The notes beneath the pieces were generated by a model. It was given only the letters and a program-made list of their open reading frames with translations, did not search any database and had not been told where the DNA came from. This document shows, in pieces, positions 1-9,231 of a stretch of DNA of 64,000 bases; the first letter of the stretch is position 1; each line of letters opens with the position of its first letter. The position numbers were made by a program, and so were the translations under genes. This DNA comes from Novosphingobium sp. (GTDB taxonomy: Bacteria > Pseudomonadota > Alphaproteobacteria > Sphingomonadales > Sphingomonadaceae), in the NCBI GenBank assembly GCA_020848655.1, contig JADLHU010000115.1, positions 11,899 through 75,898 of the forward strand, given 5' to 3'.

Positions 1-555
1 GACATGGCGCGCAACGCCAATCCGGCCTTGCATCAGGCCCGCGCCGGGGTCGATGTCGCGCGGGCGGGGCTGCGCGCGGCGCGGGCGGAAGGCCTGCCCA
101 CGGTGGGCGCCTTCGCCGAGGCGGGGCATGTGCGCGATCAGTTCTTTCCCGGCTACAAGGCGGATTCGGTGGCCGTCGGCCTGCGCGGCCGGTGGACCTT
201 GTGGGCAGGGGGCCGCGTCGCCGCGCAGACCCGCGCCGCCGCCGCCGATCTGGGTGCCAGCGAAGCCCGGTTGCGCGGCGCCGACCAGGCGCTGGAAGGC
301 ATGGTGATCGATGCCTGGCAGGGCTTGCTGACCGCGCAACGCATGACCGACGCCTCGCGCCTGCGCAGCGCTGCCGCGGACGAGGCCCTGCGCGGCACGC
401 GGCTGGAAGCGCAAGTCGGCGCCACGCCGACGCTGGCCGTGCTCGACGCCGAACGCGAAGCGATCGAAGCCGAAGCGGCGCTGCTCCAGGCCGAAGGCAT
501 GCGTACCGTCGCCGCCTGGCGGCTCAATGCGCTGGCGGGTAACATTGCTCCCTAG
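1..555 (+). CDS. TolC-family outer membrane efflux protein, C-terminal part (5' truncated)
   Basis: Frame open from base 1; OEP-type helical repeats and C-terminal 'G.TPTLAVLDAERE' motif. Confidence 0.8.
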   Translation, partial: DMARNANPALHQARAGVDVARAGLRAARAEGLPTVGAFAEAGHVRDQFFPGYKADSVAVGLRGRWTLWAGGRVAAQTRAAAADLGASEARLRGADQALEGMVIDAWQGLLTAQRMTDASRLRSAAADEALRGTRLEAQVGATPTLAVLDAEREAIEAEAALLQAEGMRTVAAWRLNALAGNIAP

Positions 556-730
556 CTGGACCAGCATGATGGGATCGAAATTCGGTTCGTAATCCGCCGT
601 CCCGCTGAACTTTGGTTCTGTCCTGACCCTAAACAGCGCGCCCGCCTTCGGGCGCAGCGGACCCGGTTCTGCTTCCCTAGCGGCGCGGCGCGCGATAGCA
701 TGGGGCGCTGAACCAAGGGGGAAGTTGGCT

Positions 731-1648
731 ATGGGCGGTTTTCTGATCTCGCTTGTCGTGCTGGTGGTGTTGTTCCTGCTGATGGGCGTGCGCGTTGTGC
801 GGCAGGGCTATGTCTACACCATCGAACGGCTGGGCAAGTACACGCTGGCGGCGCAGCCGGGGCTGCATGTGATCATTCCGTTCGTCGATCGTGTCGGCAA
901 CAAGGTCAACATGATGGAACAGGTGCTCGACATTCCGGGGCAGGAAATCATCACGCGCGACAACGCCATGGTCGGCGTCGATGCGGTGGTGTTCTTCCAG
1001 GTGCTGGACGCGGGTAAGGCGGCTTATGAAGTGGCCAACCTGTTCGTCGCCATCATGCAGTTGACCACCACCAACTTGCGCACGGTGATGGGTTCGATGG
1101 ACCTTGATGAAACGCTGTCCAAGCGGGACGAGATCAACGCCAAGCTGCTCAACGTCATCGATCACGCCACATCGCCCTGGGGCATCAAGATCACCCGGAT
1201 CGAGATCAAGGACATCCGCCCGCCGGCCGATATTTCCAACGCCATGGCCCGCCAGATGAAGGCGGAGCGCGAAAAGCGCGCGCAGATCCTGGAGGCCGAA
1301 GGCATGCGCGCATCGGAAATCCTGCGCGCCGAGGGTGAGAAGCAGGGCCAGATCCTGCAGGCCGAGGGCCGCCGCGAAGCCGCCTTCCGCGATGCCGAAG
1401 CGCGCGAGCGCGAGGCCGAGGCCGAAGCCAAGGCGACGACGATGGTGTCCGAAGCCATTGCCGCCTCGGGCAGCCAGGCGCTGAACTACTTCATCGCGCA
1501 GAAATATACCGATGCGGTCAGCCAGTTCGCCACCTCGCCCAACGCCAAGACCATCCTGTTCCCGGTGGAAGCGACGCAACTGATCGGCACGCTGGGCGGC
1601 ATCGGCGAACTGGTGAAGGATGCGCTGGGCAAGGACGCGAAGGGTTAG
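731..1648 (+). CDS. SPFH/band 7 (paraslipin/QmcA-like) membrane protein
   Basis: N-terminal TM, 'ERLGKY..PGLH.IIPFVD', 'QEIITRDN', coiled-coil 'KAEREKRA.ILEAEG'; ATG 731 chosen over TTG 725. Confidence 0.93.
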   Translation: MGGFLISLVVLVVLFLLMGVRVVRQGYVYTIERLGKYTLAAQPGLHVIIPFVDRVGNKVNMMEQVLDIPGQEIITRDNAMVGVDAVVFFQVLDAGKAAYEVANLFVAIMQLTTTNLRTVMGSMDLDETLSKRDEINAKLLNVIDHATSPWGIKITRIEIKDIRPPADISNAMARQMKAEREKRAQILEAEGMRASEILRAEGEKQGQILQAEGRREAAFRDAEAREREAEAEAKATTMVSEAIAASGSQALNYFIAQKYTDAVSQFATSPNAKTILFPVEATQLIGTLGGIGELVKDALGKDAKG

Positions 1649-1652
1649 GGCG

Positions 1653-2099
1653 ATGGCAGCGCTCGAATCGCTCGATCCGCACTATGCCTGGCTGGCGCTG
1701 GGCCTCGTGCTCGCGGCCGCCGAGATGGCGATTCCCGGCCTGTTCCTGATCTGGCTGGCCGGTGCGGCGATCCTCACCGGGCTGCTCACATGGGTGGTGC
1801 CGATGGGCTTTCCGCTGCAAGTGATGATTTTCGCGGTGCTCGCGATCGTGGGGGTGTTTTCCGGGCGGCGCTATCTGAGCAGCAATCCCGTGGTGTCGGC
1901 CGATCCGCTGATGAACGATCGCGGCGGGCGGCTGGTGGGCGAAGTGGTGGTCGTCACCCATGCCATCGTCGAAGGCAGCGGCCGGGTGAAGCAGGGCGAC
2001 AGCGAATGGCTGGTGCGCGGGCCGGATGCGGAACCGGGCACGCGAATGCGCGTTGCCGGGCACGATGGCGTCGTGCTTATTGTCGAGCATCTCCACTGA
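1653..2099 (+). CDS. NfeD family protein (YbbJ-like)
   Basis: Hydrophobic N-terminus '[11 protein letters not shown]' and C-terminal OB-fold-like 'GRVK.GDSEW'; usual partner of SPFH genes. Confidence 0.9.
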   Translation: MAALESLDPHYAWLALGLVLAAAEMAIPGLFLIWLAGAAILTGLLTWVVPMGFPLQVMIFAVLAIVGVFSGRRYLSSNPVVSADPLMNDRGGRLVGEVVVVTHAIVEGSGRVKQGDSEWLVRGPDAEPGTRMRVAGHDGVVLIVEHLH

Positions 2100-2107
2100 T
2101 CCCATAT
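2079..2107 (+). promoter_or_regulatory. Possible RpoH (sigma32)-type promoter for msrB
   Basis: ATTGTC-N16-CCCATAT resembles the alphaproteobacterial RpoH consensus CTTGAA-N15/16-CCTATAT. Confidence 0.35.
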
Positions 2108-2127
2108 CCGGCGGCAAGGAGAACCCG

Positions 2128-2526
2128 ATGACCGACAAGATCCAGCTTACCGACGCCGAATGGCGTGAACGGCTTTCCCCCGACCAGTACCGCGTCCTGC
2201 GCCAGGGCGGCACCGAGCGCGCGTTTACCGGCGCGTACGAACAGAACAAGGCGGCGGGCGAATATGTCTGCGCCGGCTGCGGCGAGCCGCTGTTCAGTTC
2301 CGAAACCAAGTACAATTCCGGTTCCGGCTGGCCCAGCTATTACCAGCCGCTCGCCAGCGATGCGGTGGAGGAACTGCGCGATACCTCGCACGGCATGGTC
2401 CGCGTCGAAGTGCGTTGCGCCAAGTGCGAAGGCCACCTGGGCCATGTCTTCCCCGATGGCCCGCAGCCCACGGGCCTGCGCTATTGCATCAACAGCGCCT
2501 CGCTGGATTTCAAGCCCAAGGAATAA
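2128..2526 (+). CDS. msrB: Peptide-methionine (R)-S-oxide reductase MsrB
   Basis: 'GTERAF', two Zn-binding CxxC, 'SGSGWPS', '[10 protein letters not shown]', 'RYCINS'; AAGGAG RBS. Confidence 0.97.
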   Translation: MTDKIQLTDAEWRERLSPDQYRVLRQGGTERAFTGAYEQNKAAGEYVCAGCGEPLFSSETKYNSGSGWPSYYQPLASDAVEELRDTSHGMVRVEVRCAKCEGHLGHVFPDGPQPTGLRYCINSASLDFKPKE

Positions 2527-2673
2527 CGGCAATCCTTCCCGAAACTGCGCATCGGGGCGGATGGCGCCAACGCGCCCCTTTGCCCATGCCGTTAAGCCTG
2601 TGTTATGCGTCGCCCATGCACAGCGCGTTCGTCCGGGCACACACGTCCTCAGAGGGGCCAAGGTCTTAACCAG

Positions 2674-4836
2674 ATGGCAGCAGACGCCACACGGCGCGGG
2701 AATTCGCAGGGCCGTTCCAACCCGCCGCCGCCATCCCCTCCGAAGAAGCCGCTGTGGCGGCGCGTGCTGCGGCGGCTGATCGTCTGGGGCTTCGCGCTGG
2801 CGCTGCTGGCGGCGATGGTCGTGGGCGTTTCGGTCTACGTGGCGGCGCAATCGCTGCCCAGCTATGAAAAGCTGAAAAGCAGCCAGAACGGCCAGATGAT
2901 CGTGGTGCGCGCGCGCGACGGGACCGAACTGGTCTCGCTTGGCCCCAGCTATGGCAAGTGGATGCCTTACGCGCAGATCCCGCAAGTGATGAAGGACGCG
3001 ATGACCTCGGTCGAGGACCGGCGCTTCCGCATGCACATCGGCGTCGATCCCGTGGGCATCGCGCGATCGCTGGTGGTGCGCCTGCGCAGTGGATACTGGC
3101 GGCAGGGGGCATCCACGATCACCCAGCAACTGGCGCGCACGGTGTTCCTCAACAACAGCCGCACGTTCGATCGCAAGATCCGCGAGGCGGTGCTGGCCAT
3201 GGCGATCGAAAGCAAGTTCTCGAAGGACCAGATCCTCGAACTCTATCTGAACAAGGTCTATTTCGGCGGTGGCGCCTATGGCATCGATGCCGCCAGCCGC
3301 AAGTTCTTCAGCCATCCCGCCAGCGAACTGTCGCTGCCCGAAGCGGCGATCATCGCCGGGCTGGTCAAGGCGCCGTCGCGCTTTTCGCCCACCGCCGATG
3401 CCAAGGCCGCGGTCACGCGCGCGCGGGTGGTGCTGGCGGTGATGGCTGATAATGGCGCGATCACGCCCGCCCAAGCCGCCGCCGCCGATCTCGACGCGGT
3501 GAAGCCGGCGCCCGAACAGGGGCAGAACTCGGCGCGCTATTTCACCGACTGGGCGCTGCCCCAGCTTGATCTGCTGCTGCCCGACAACCAGGAACCGATC
3601 GAGGTCTGGACCACGCTGGACATCGGCATGCAGCGCGCGGCGACGGCGGCGGTGCAGGCCAATGCGCCCGGCGGCGCGCAAGGCGCGCTGGTGGCGATGG
3701 ATCGCGATGGCGCGGTGCTGGCCATGGTCGGCGGCACCGATTACGTCACCTCGAACTACAACCGTGCCACAAACGCGGTGCGCCAGCCCGGTTCGGCGTG
3801 GAAGCTGTTCGTCTATCTGGCCGCGCTGGAAGCCGGCTACAAGCCCGACGATCGCGTGGTGGACGAAGCGGTGACGATCGACGGGTGGAGCCCGCGCAAT
3901 TCGGGCGGCACCTATGCCGGCGAGATCGACGTGCGCACGGCCTTCGCCTATTCGAAGAACACCGTCGCCGCGCAGCTTGGCAACGAAGTGGGCTTTGGCA
4001 CGGTGGCGTCGATGGCGCGGCGCTTCGGCATCACCACGCCGGTCAACACGCTGCCGTCGATGGTGCTGGGCACGTCCGACGTGCGGCTGATCGACATGAC
4101 TCGCGCATTCGCGGCGGTTTCGGCCAAGGGCACCGCGATCGATCCCTATGGCATCACCAAGGTGACCACCGCCAGCGGCGAAGTGCTTTACACCCACAAG
4201 ACCGCTACGCCGCAAGTGCTGGTGCCGCCCTATGTGGCCGCAGGCATCACCGACCTGCTGCAATCGGCCGTCGCCACCGGCACCGGCAAGGCGGCGCAGA
4301 TCGGGCGGCCGGTGGCGGGCAAGACCGGCACCACCAGTTCGAACAAGGACGGCTGGTTCCTGGGCTTTTCCAGCGGCGTGACCACGGGCGTGTGGATGGG
4401 CCGCGACGATGCCCGGGCGGTGCCCGGCCTGCAGGGCGGCGCGGCGCCAGCGCGCGCTTTCGCCGCGTTCATGCGCTATGCCGTGGCGCAGCGTCCGGTC
4501 GAGAAGTTCGATACCGAACTCAAGCTTCCCGAATGGCAGCTTGAGCCGGATGACGAGGCGATGCTCAACAATCCGGACAATTATTACTACGTCGATGAAC
4601 AGGGCAACCTGATCGAGCCGGCGGGCGGGGGCAATCCCGCCGCCCAGCCCGGCGCGGCCCCGGTCCCCGGCAGCGAAGGCGGCCCCGCCAACGGTGTGCC
4701 CGGCGGCGGGCTGGTGCCGGTGAACCCGCCGGCCGCCAACGACGATTTCCTCGACCAGGCGACGGGCCGCAGCCGCCCGCGCGACACCGCCACGCCGCGC
4801 CCGACGCCGCAACGACCGGGCACGGTGCCCCAATAG
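2674..4836 (+). CDS. Class A penicillin-binding protein (PBP1A family)
   Basis: TM anchor, transglycosylase motifs EDRRF, GASTITQQ, RK.RE; transpeptidase SxxK (SAWK), SxN (SKN), KTG; Pro-rich C-terminal tail. Confidence 0.95.
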   Translation: MAADATRRGNSQGRSNPPPPSPPKKPLWRRVLRRLIVWGFALALLAAMVVGVSVYVAAQSLPSYEKLKSSQNGQMIVVRARDGTELVSLGPSYGKWMPYAQIPQVMKDAMTSVEDRRFRMHIGVDPVGIARSLVVRLRSGYWRQGASTITQQLARTVFLNNSRTFDRKIREAVLAMAIESKFSKDQILELYLNKVYFGGGAYGIDAASRKFFSHPASELSLPEAAIIAGLVKAPSRFSPTADAKAAVTRARVVLAVMADNGAITPAQAAAADLDAVKPAPEQGQNSARYFTDWALPQLDLLLPDNQEPIEVWTTLDIGMQRAATAAVQANAPGGAQGALVAMDRDGAVLAMVGGTDYVTSNYNRATNAVRQPGSAWKLFVYLAALEAGYKPDDRVVDEAVTIDGWSPRNSGGTYAGEIDVRTAFAYSKNTVAAQLGNEVGFGTVASMARRFGITTPVNTLPSMVLGTSDVRLIDMTRAFAAVSAKGTAIDPYGITKVTTASGEVLYTHKTATPQVLVPPYVAAGITDLLQSAVATGTGKAAQIGRPVAGKTGTTSSNKDGWFLGFSSGVTTGVWMGRDDARAVPGLQGGAAPARAFAAFMRYAVAQRPVEKFDTELKLPEWQLEPDDEAMLNNPDNYYYVDEQGNLIEPAGGGNPAAQPGAAPVPGSEGGPANGVPGGGLVPVNPPAANDDFLDQATGRSRPRDTATPRPTPQRPGTVPQ

Positions 4837-4840
4837 ATCG

Positions 4841-5530
4841 TCATCGCGCGAACGTCAGCACCAGCGTATCGCGCCAGGCAGGCAGCGCCGGGTCGATGCG
4901 CTCTATCGGCGATGTGCCGTGGCGCACGCGCGCATCGTCCAGCAACAGCGCTTCGCCGGGGGCGGCCAGTCGATGGCGCGCCAGCGGGCGTCCGGCGCCG
5001 TCCTCGATCGTGGTCACGCCGCCGCGCAGGTTGGCGCTGCCGACCAAGACGATCAGCACCCGGTCGCGCCCGTCGCGGTGCATGCCCTCGGGCGTGGGCA
5101 GCCCCGGCGCGCCTGGCCCGGCGCTGATGCGAAACTGGTGCGCCTCGATCCGCCAGTCCGCTTCGCCGCCTACCAGCGCCGCCGTGCGCGCGACGATCGT
5201 GGCAAAGGGCGCGGTGGCCACGGTGGCGGGGGCGATGGGATCGAACCAGCGTTCCACCCCGCCGTTCAGCGGATTGTGATCGGTTTCCTGGAAATGCGGC
5301 GCGTGGGGCAGGCGCACCAGATCGCCGCCCGCCAGGCGGAACGCGCCATAGCGCCGCCGGCGATACGTGCCGCCATCGGCCATGTGGCCGTCCACCGGCA
5401 GGTCGTCCCAGCTTCGGGCGAAATCGGCCCATGACGGGGCGGTGACATCGGCCAGCCAGCCGGCCGGCTGGTGCAGGAACGGTCGCGTCCGGTCGTCCGG
5501 CGGCCTGGTGTCGGGAAACGTGATGGGCAT
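4841..5530 (-). CDS. 2OG-Fe(II) dioxygenase (PF10014/BsmA-like)
   Basis: 'D.HMADGGTYRRRRY', 'NPLNGG..R.F', 'PTPEGMHRDG' (HxD), distal His and 'RDTLV'. Confidence 0.85.
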   Translation of the reverse strand: MPITFPDTRPPDDRTRPFLHQPAGWLADVTAPSWADFARSWDDLPVDGHMADGGTYRRRRYGAFRLAGGDLVRLPHAPHFQETDHNPLNGGVERWFDPIAPATVATAPFATIVARTAALVGGEADWRIEAHQFRISAGPGAPGLPTPEGMHRDGRDRVLIVLVGSANLRGGVTTIEDGAGRPLARHRLAAPGEALLLDDARVRHGTSPIERIDPALPAWRDTLVLTFAR

Positions 5531-5636
5531 GATTGAACTGGTCCAAAGGGGGCTTTGATTGCCAGGATCGCCGATACAATGTGGATGGGCGGGGTGCAAC
5601 AATCGGGCGCGCGCGCTGCGGCGCCATCCGGCCTTG

Positions 5637-6230
5637 TCAGAACAGGAACAGCAGCGCGGTCAGCCCGGTCAGCACCGCCATGGTGCGGACGAACGCGGTC
5701 ATCGCCCGTTCGCTTTCCAGCAGTCCGCGCGCGCCCGCGCCCATCGCCACCCAGGCGATGTTGGCGGGCAACCCGACGACCGCGAACGTCAGCACGATCA
5801 CCGCAAGCTGGAAGGCCAGCGGGCGGTCGGCCACGGTGAAGGTGGCGATGGCCGGCGCGGCGATTGCCCAGGCCTTGGGGTTGATGAACTGGAAGCTTGC
5901 CCCCTGCCAGAAATTCAGCGGCTGCCCCCCTTCGCCCATGGTGACGCCGTTCGCGCGCCACAGCTTCACGGCAAGCCAGACCAGATAGGCTGCCCCCGCG
6001 ATCCGCAAGGCCCAGCGCAGCGCTGGCAGGGACGTGAAAACCGCGCCCAGGCCCAGGCCGCTCAGCGTCAGCAACACCGCGCAGCCGAAGCTGATCCCCA
6101 GCATGTGCGGCACCGAGCGGCGCATGCCGAAGGCCAGCCCCGATGAGGCCAGCATGATGTTGTTGGGGCCGGGCGTGGCGGTGCAGACGAAACTGTAAAG
6201 CGCCAGCGGCGCAAGTGTGGCAGGGTCCAT
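5637..6230 (-). CDS. LysE/RhtB family exporter
   Basis: 'TPGPNN', 'GAAYL.WLA', 'FQFINPKAW'. Confidence 0.92.
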   Translation of the reverse strand: MDPATLAPLALYSFVCTATPGPNNIMLASSGLAFGMRRSVPHMLGISFGCAVLLTLSGLGLGAVFTSLPALRWALRIAGAAYLVWLAVKLWRANGVTMGEGGQPLNFWQGASFQFINPKAWAIAAPAIATFTVADRPLAFQLAVIVLTFAVVGLPANIAWVAMGAGARGLLESERAMTAFVRTMAVLTGLTALLFLF

Positions 6231-6258
6231 TGTCGATCTCCTGCGCGTCAAATGAGGG

Positions 6259-6302
6259 TGATTGATCTATGAGTCAAATATGATATTGAACCATATCAAT
6301 CA
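6259..6302. promoter_or_regulatory. AT-rich divergent promoter with inverted repeats; probable operator of the MocR-type regulator
   Basis: TGATTGAT (6259-6266) / ATCAATCA (6295-6302) and TGATAT-N6-ATATCA (6281-6298). Confidence 0.5.
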
Positions 6303-6316
6303 TGATGGGTGAGGCG

Positions 6317-7714
6317 ATGGCGACCTGGCAACCGAAAATCCCGGACAGCGGCGAGCCGATCTACGAACGGCTGATCGCTGCCCTGCAACACGATGTGCGC
6401 GCCGGCCGGCTCGCGCCGGGGGACCGCCTGCCGCCACATCGCGATCTCGCCCATCGCATGGGGCTGAGCGTGGGGACGGTGAGCCGCGCCTATGTGGAAG
6501 CGGAACGGCGCGGGCTGGTGTCCAGCCATGTCGGGCGCGGCACGTTCGTCGTGCATCGCGCCGCCGCCGGCGCGGGGCACGACGAGCCGGGCGTGATCGA
6601 CATGGCGCACAATGTGCCGTCCACCGCCGCCGCGCGCCACGGGATCGGCGAAGCGCTCAACCGCCTGCGCCACCGGCCGGAACTTTCCGATGTCATGGAC
6701 TATGCCCCTCCCGAAGGCCTTGCCGCGGTCCGGCGGGCCGGAGCATCGTGGCTGCTGCGGCGGCATGGCGTGGCGCGCGCCTCTGCCGATTGCCTGATCC
6801 AGACCAATGGCGGCCAGCACGCGCTGGCGCTGGCCTTTGGTGCGCTGGCCCGGCCCGGCGATACGATCCTGTGCGAAGCGGCGACCTATCCCGGCATCCG
6901 CACGCTGTGCGATCACGCCGGCTATGCCTTGCGCGGCGTGGCCATGGATGCGCGGGGCATCGATCCCGAAGCCCTGGCGCGCGCCGCGCGCGAAACGGCG
7001 GCGAAAGTGCTGGTGGTGTTGCCCACCTTGCAGAACCCGACCACGATCACGCTCGATGCCCAGCGCCGCGCCGCGATCGTCGAGGTCGCCCGCGCCTGTG
7101 GGCTGACCATTGTCGAGGACGAGGCCTATCGCGCCCTGGCCGATGCCGATGCGCCCGAAGGCTTTGCCCAACTGGCGCCCGATCGCACGATCATGGTGGC
7201 GGGCCTGTCCAAGTCGCTCGCGCCGGGCTTGCGGCTGGGCTTCGTGCTGCCTCCCGAAGGCGCGGGTGCGGAGGCGCTGCGCGATCGCCTGCTGCGCGGA
7301 ATCCGGGCGATGGGCTATAGCCCGCCGTCGTTGGGCGGACTCGTTTTCAGCCAGTGGGAAGAGGATGGCACCGCCGATCGGATCGCCGACGAAGGGCTGG
7401 CCGAAGCCGAGGCGCGCTGCGCGCTGGCGCGCGACATCCTGGGCACGCGGATTGCCGTGCCGGGCGCGGGGCGCAGCCTGCACGTGTGGATGCCGATGCC
7501 GCTGATCGAGGCCGAACGGTTGAGCGCAAGGGCGCTGCGCGCGGGTATCGCGCTGACCCCGCCCGATGCGCCCGCGGTGGACGAAGCCGCGCCTTCGGGG
7601 GTGCGGCTGTGCCTGGGCGCGGTGGGCAGCCGCGCGGTGCTGGACGGCGCGCTGCGCAAGATCGCGGAGCTTGCCGGATCGCAGGGCTGCGGCTCGGCGA
7701 TGGGGCTGGTCTGA
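6317..7714 (+). CDS. MocR/GntR family PLP-dependent transcriptional regulator
   Basis: GntR wHTH 'GDRLPPHRDLA..GTVSRAY..GRGTFV' fused to aminotransferase fold (NP, DEAY, SK.LAPGLRLG); GAGG RBS before 6317. Confidence 0.93.
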   Translation: MATWQPKIPDSGEPIYERLIAALQHDVRAGRLAPGDRLPPHRDLAHRMGLSVGTVSRAYVEAERRGLVSSHVGRGTFVVHRAAAGAGHDEPGVIDMAHNVPSTAAARHGIGEALNRLRHRPELSDVMDYAPPEGLAAVRRAGASWLLRRHGVARASADCLIQTNGGQHALALAFGALARPGDTILCEAATYPGIRTLCDHAGYALRGVAMDARGIDPEALARAARETAAKVLVVLPTLQNPTTITLDAQRRAAIVEVARACGLTIVEDEAYRALADADAPEGFAQLAPDRTIMVAGLSKSLAPGLRLGFVLPPEGAGAEALRDRLLRGIRAMGYSPPSLGGLVFSQWEEDGTADRIADEGLAEAEARCALARDILGTRIAVPGAGRSLHVWMPMPLIEAERLSARALRAGIALTPPDAPAVDEAAPSGVRLCLGAVGSRAVLDGALRKIAELAGSQGCGSAMGLV

Positions 7715-8647
7715 ATGTCGGGCAAAGCTGACGCTGGTACGCCGGGCCTGCCCTGGCGGCCTTACGCCACGCTGGCGCTGGTCATGCTGATGTGGTCGGG
7801 CAATTTCATCGTGGGCCGCGCCGTGCAGGGGGCGATTCCGCCGTTCACGCTGGCCCTCGCGCGCTGGAGCGGCGCCGCGGCGCTGCTTCTGCCCTTCGCC
7901 TGGCCGCACGTGCGCGCCGACCGGCGGGTGCTGGCGGCGAACTGGCGGATCGTCCTGCTGCTTGGGCTGACGGGTGTGGCGGCGTTCAACGCGCTCATCT
8001 ATTCGGGGCTGCGATTTACCACGGCCAGCAACGGCCTGTTGCTCCAGGCGGCGATTCCGGCCCTGGTGCTGCTGTTCGATCGCACCGTTTTTGGCCAGCG
8101 GTTCCCCGCATTGCAGGTCTTTGCGGTGCTCTTGTCGATGGTGGGGGTGGCGCTGATCGTGCTGCGCGGCGATCCGGGCGCAATCCTGGGACTGACCTTC
8201 AACATCGGCGATCTGATGATTTTGGCCGCCACGGCGTGCTGGGCGGCTTACACCAGCCTTCTGCGTCTTCGCCCGCCCTGCCATCCGCTGGTGCTCCTGC
8301 TGGCCACTTTCGCCATCGGCATCGCGGTGATGCTGCCGCTTTCGGCGTGGGAACTGGCGCATGGCGCGACGATTCGCGTCACGCCGGCAACGGTGGGCGC
8401 GATTGTCTACGTGGCGGTGCTGCCCTCGCTGGTTGCCTATATCCTCTACAACGCGGCAGTTCGCGATCTGGGCGCGGCGGCGGCGGGGCAGACGATCACG
8501 CTGCTGCCGCTGTTCGGCGCGCTGCTGGCCGCCGCGCTGCTGGACGAGCGGCTGCACGCCTTCCACGCCGTGGGGATGTCGGCAATTCTGGGCGGCATCG
8601 TGCTGGGCGCGCTGGCCGGGCGCAGGCGTGTGGCCGAGTTTCCTTGA
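7715..8647 (+). CDS. DMT/EamA family transporter
   Basis: About 10 TM segments, 'WSGNF..GR', duplicated EamA pattern; abuts the regulator stop codon. Confidence 0.9.
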   Translation: MSGKADAGTPGLPWRPYATLALVMLMWSGNFIVGRAVQGAIPPFTLALARWSGAAALLLPFAWPHVRADRRVLAANWRIVLLLGLTGVAAFNALIYSGLRFTTASNGLLLQAAIPALVLLFDRTVFGQRFPALQVFAVLLSMVGVALIVLRGDPGAILGLTFNIGDLMILAATACWAAYTSLLRLRPPCHPLVLLLATFAIGIAVMLPLSAWELAHGATIRVTPATVGAIVYVAVLPSLVAYILYNAAVRDLGAAAAGQTITLLPLFGALLAAALLDERLHAFHAVGMSAILGGIVLGALAGRRRVAEFP

Positions 8648-8672
8648 CTTTTCGGCCCCGGACCAATAGCTG
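8644..8672 (+). promoter_or_regulatory. Probable sigma70 promoter of rpoZ
   Basis: TTGACT-N17-TAGCTG about 40 nt upstream of the rpoZ ATG. Confidence 0.5.
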
Positions 8673-8711
8673 GGCGGACTTCCCACGATTCTCAGTTTGT
8701 TCGGAGTGCCC

Positions 8712-9056
8712 ATGGCGCGCGTTACCGTCGAAGATTGCATCGACAAGATCCCCAACCGTTTCGATCTCGTGCTGCTTGCCGCGCAGCGCGCGCGCGAGAT
8801 TTCGGGCGGGGCGGAACTGACCATTGATCGCGACCGCGACAAGAACCCCGTCGTCGCCCTGCGCGAGATCGCGGAAGAGACGGTTCGCCCGGTCCTGCTG
8901 CGCGAGACGCTGGTGAGCTCGCTCCAGCGCGTCCTTCCCGAGGATGACGACGAAGTCGATGACATCGGCTCGCTCAGCCAGTCGGCCGAAGCGCTGCGCA
9001 TCACCGCGGCCGCGCCGGTGCGCAACACCTCGATCGGCGGCGATTACGAGGGCTGA
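8712..9056 (+). CDS. rpoZ: RNA polymerase omega subunit
   Basis: '[37 protein letters not shown]'; GGAG RBS. Confidence 0.98.
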   Translation: MARVTVEDCIDKIPNRFDLVLLAAQRAREISGGAELTIDRDRDKNPVVALREIAEETVRPVLLRETLVSSLQRVLPEDDDEVDDIGSLSQSAEALRITAAAPVRNTSIGGDYEG

Positions 9057-9085
9057 ACCCCCGCATATCCGCCTGATGGCAAGAG

Positions 9086-9112
9086 AGGCTCCGGGTTTCC
9101 GGGGCCTTTTTT
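9086..9112 (+). terminator. Intrinsic terminator of rpoZ
   Basis: Hairpin AGGCTCCGG-GTTT-CCGGGGCCT followed by a T run. Confidence 0.85.
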
Positions 9113-9152
9113 GTGGCTGGCGGCCGCGTCTGCGGGCGCGGCGATGGCCCAT

Positions 9153-9189
9153 AAAAAATGGCCCGGCCTCTTGAATGAAGGCCGGGCCA
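9153..9189 (-). terminator. Intrinsic terminator of the lipoprotein-TonB receptor operon
   Basis: AAAAAA then TGGCCCGGCCT-N9-AGGCCGGGCCA (hairpin plus U tract on the minus strand). Confidence 0.85.
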
Positions 9190-9231
9190 GGTCGTCTGAA
9201 GGAAGGGGAACCTTCCGTCGGGGATGGGCGA

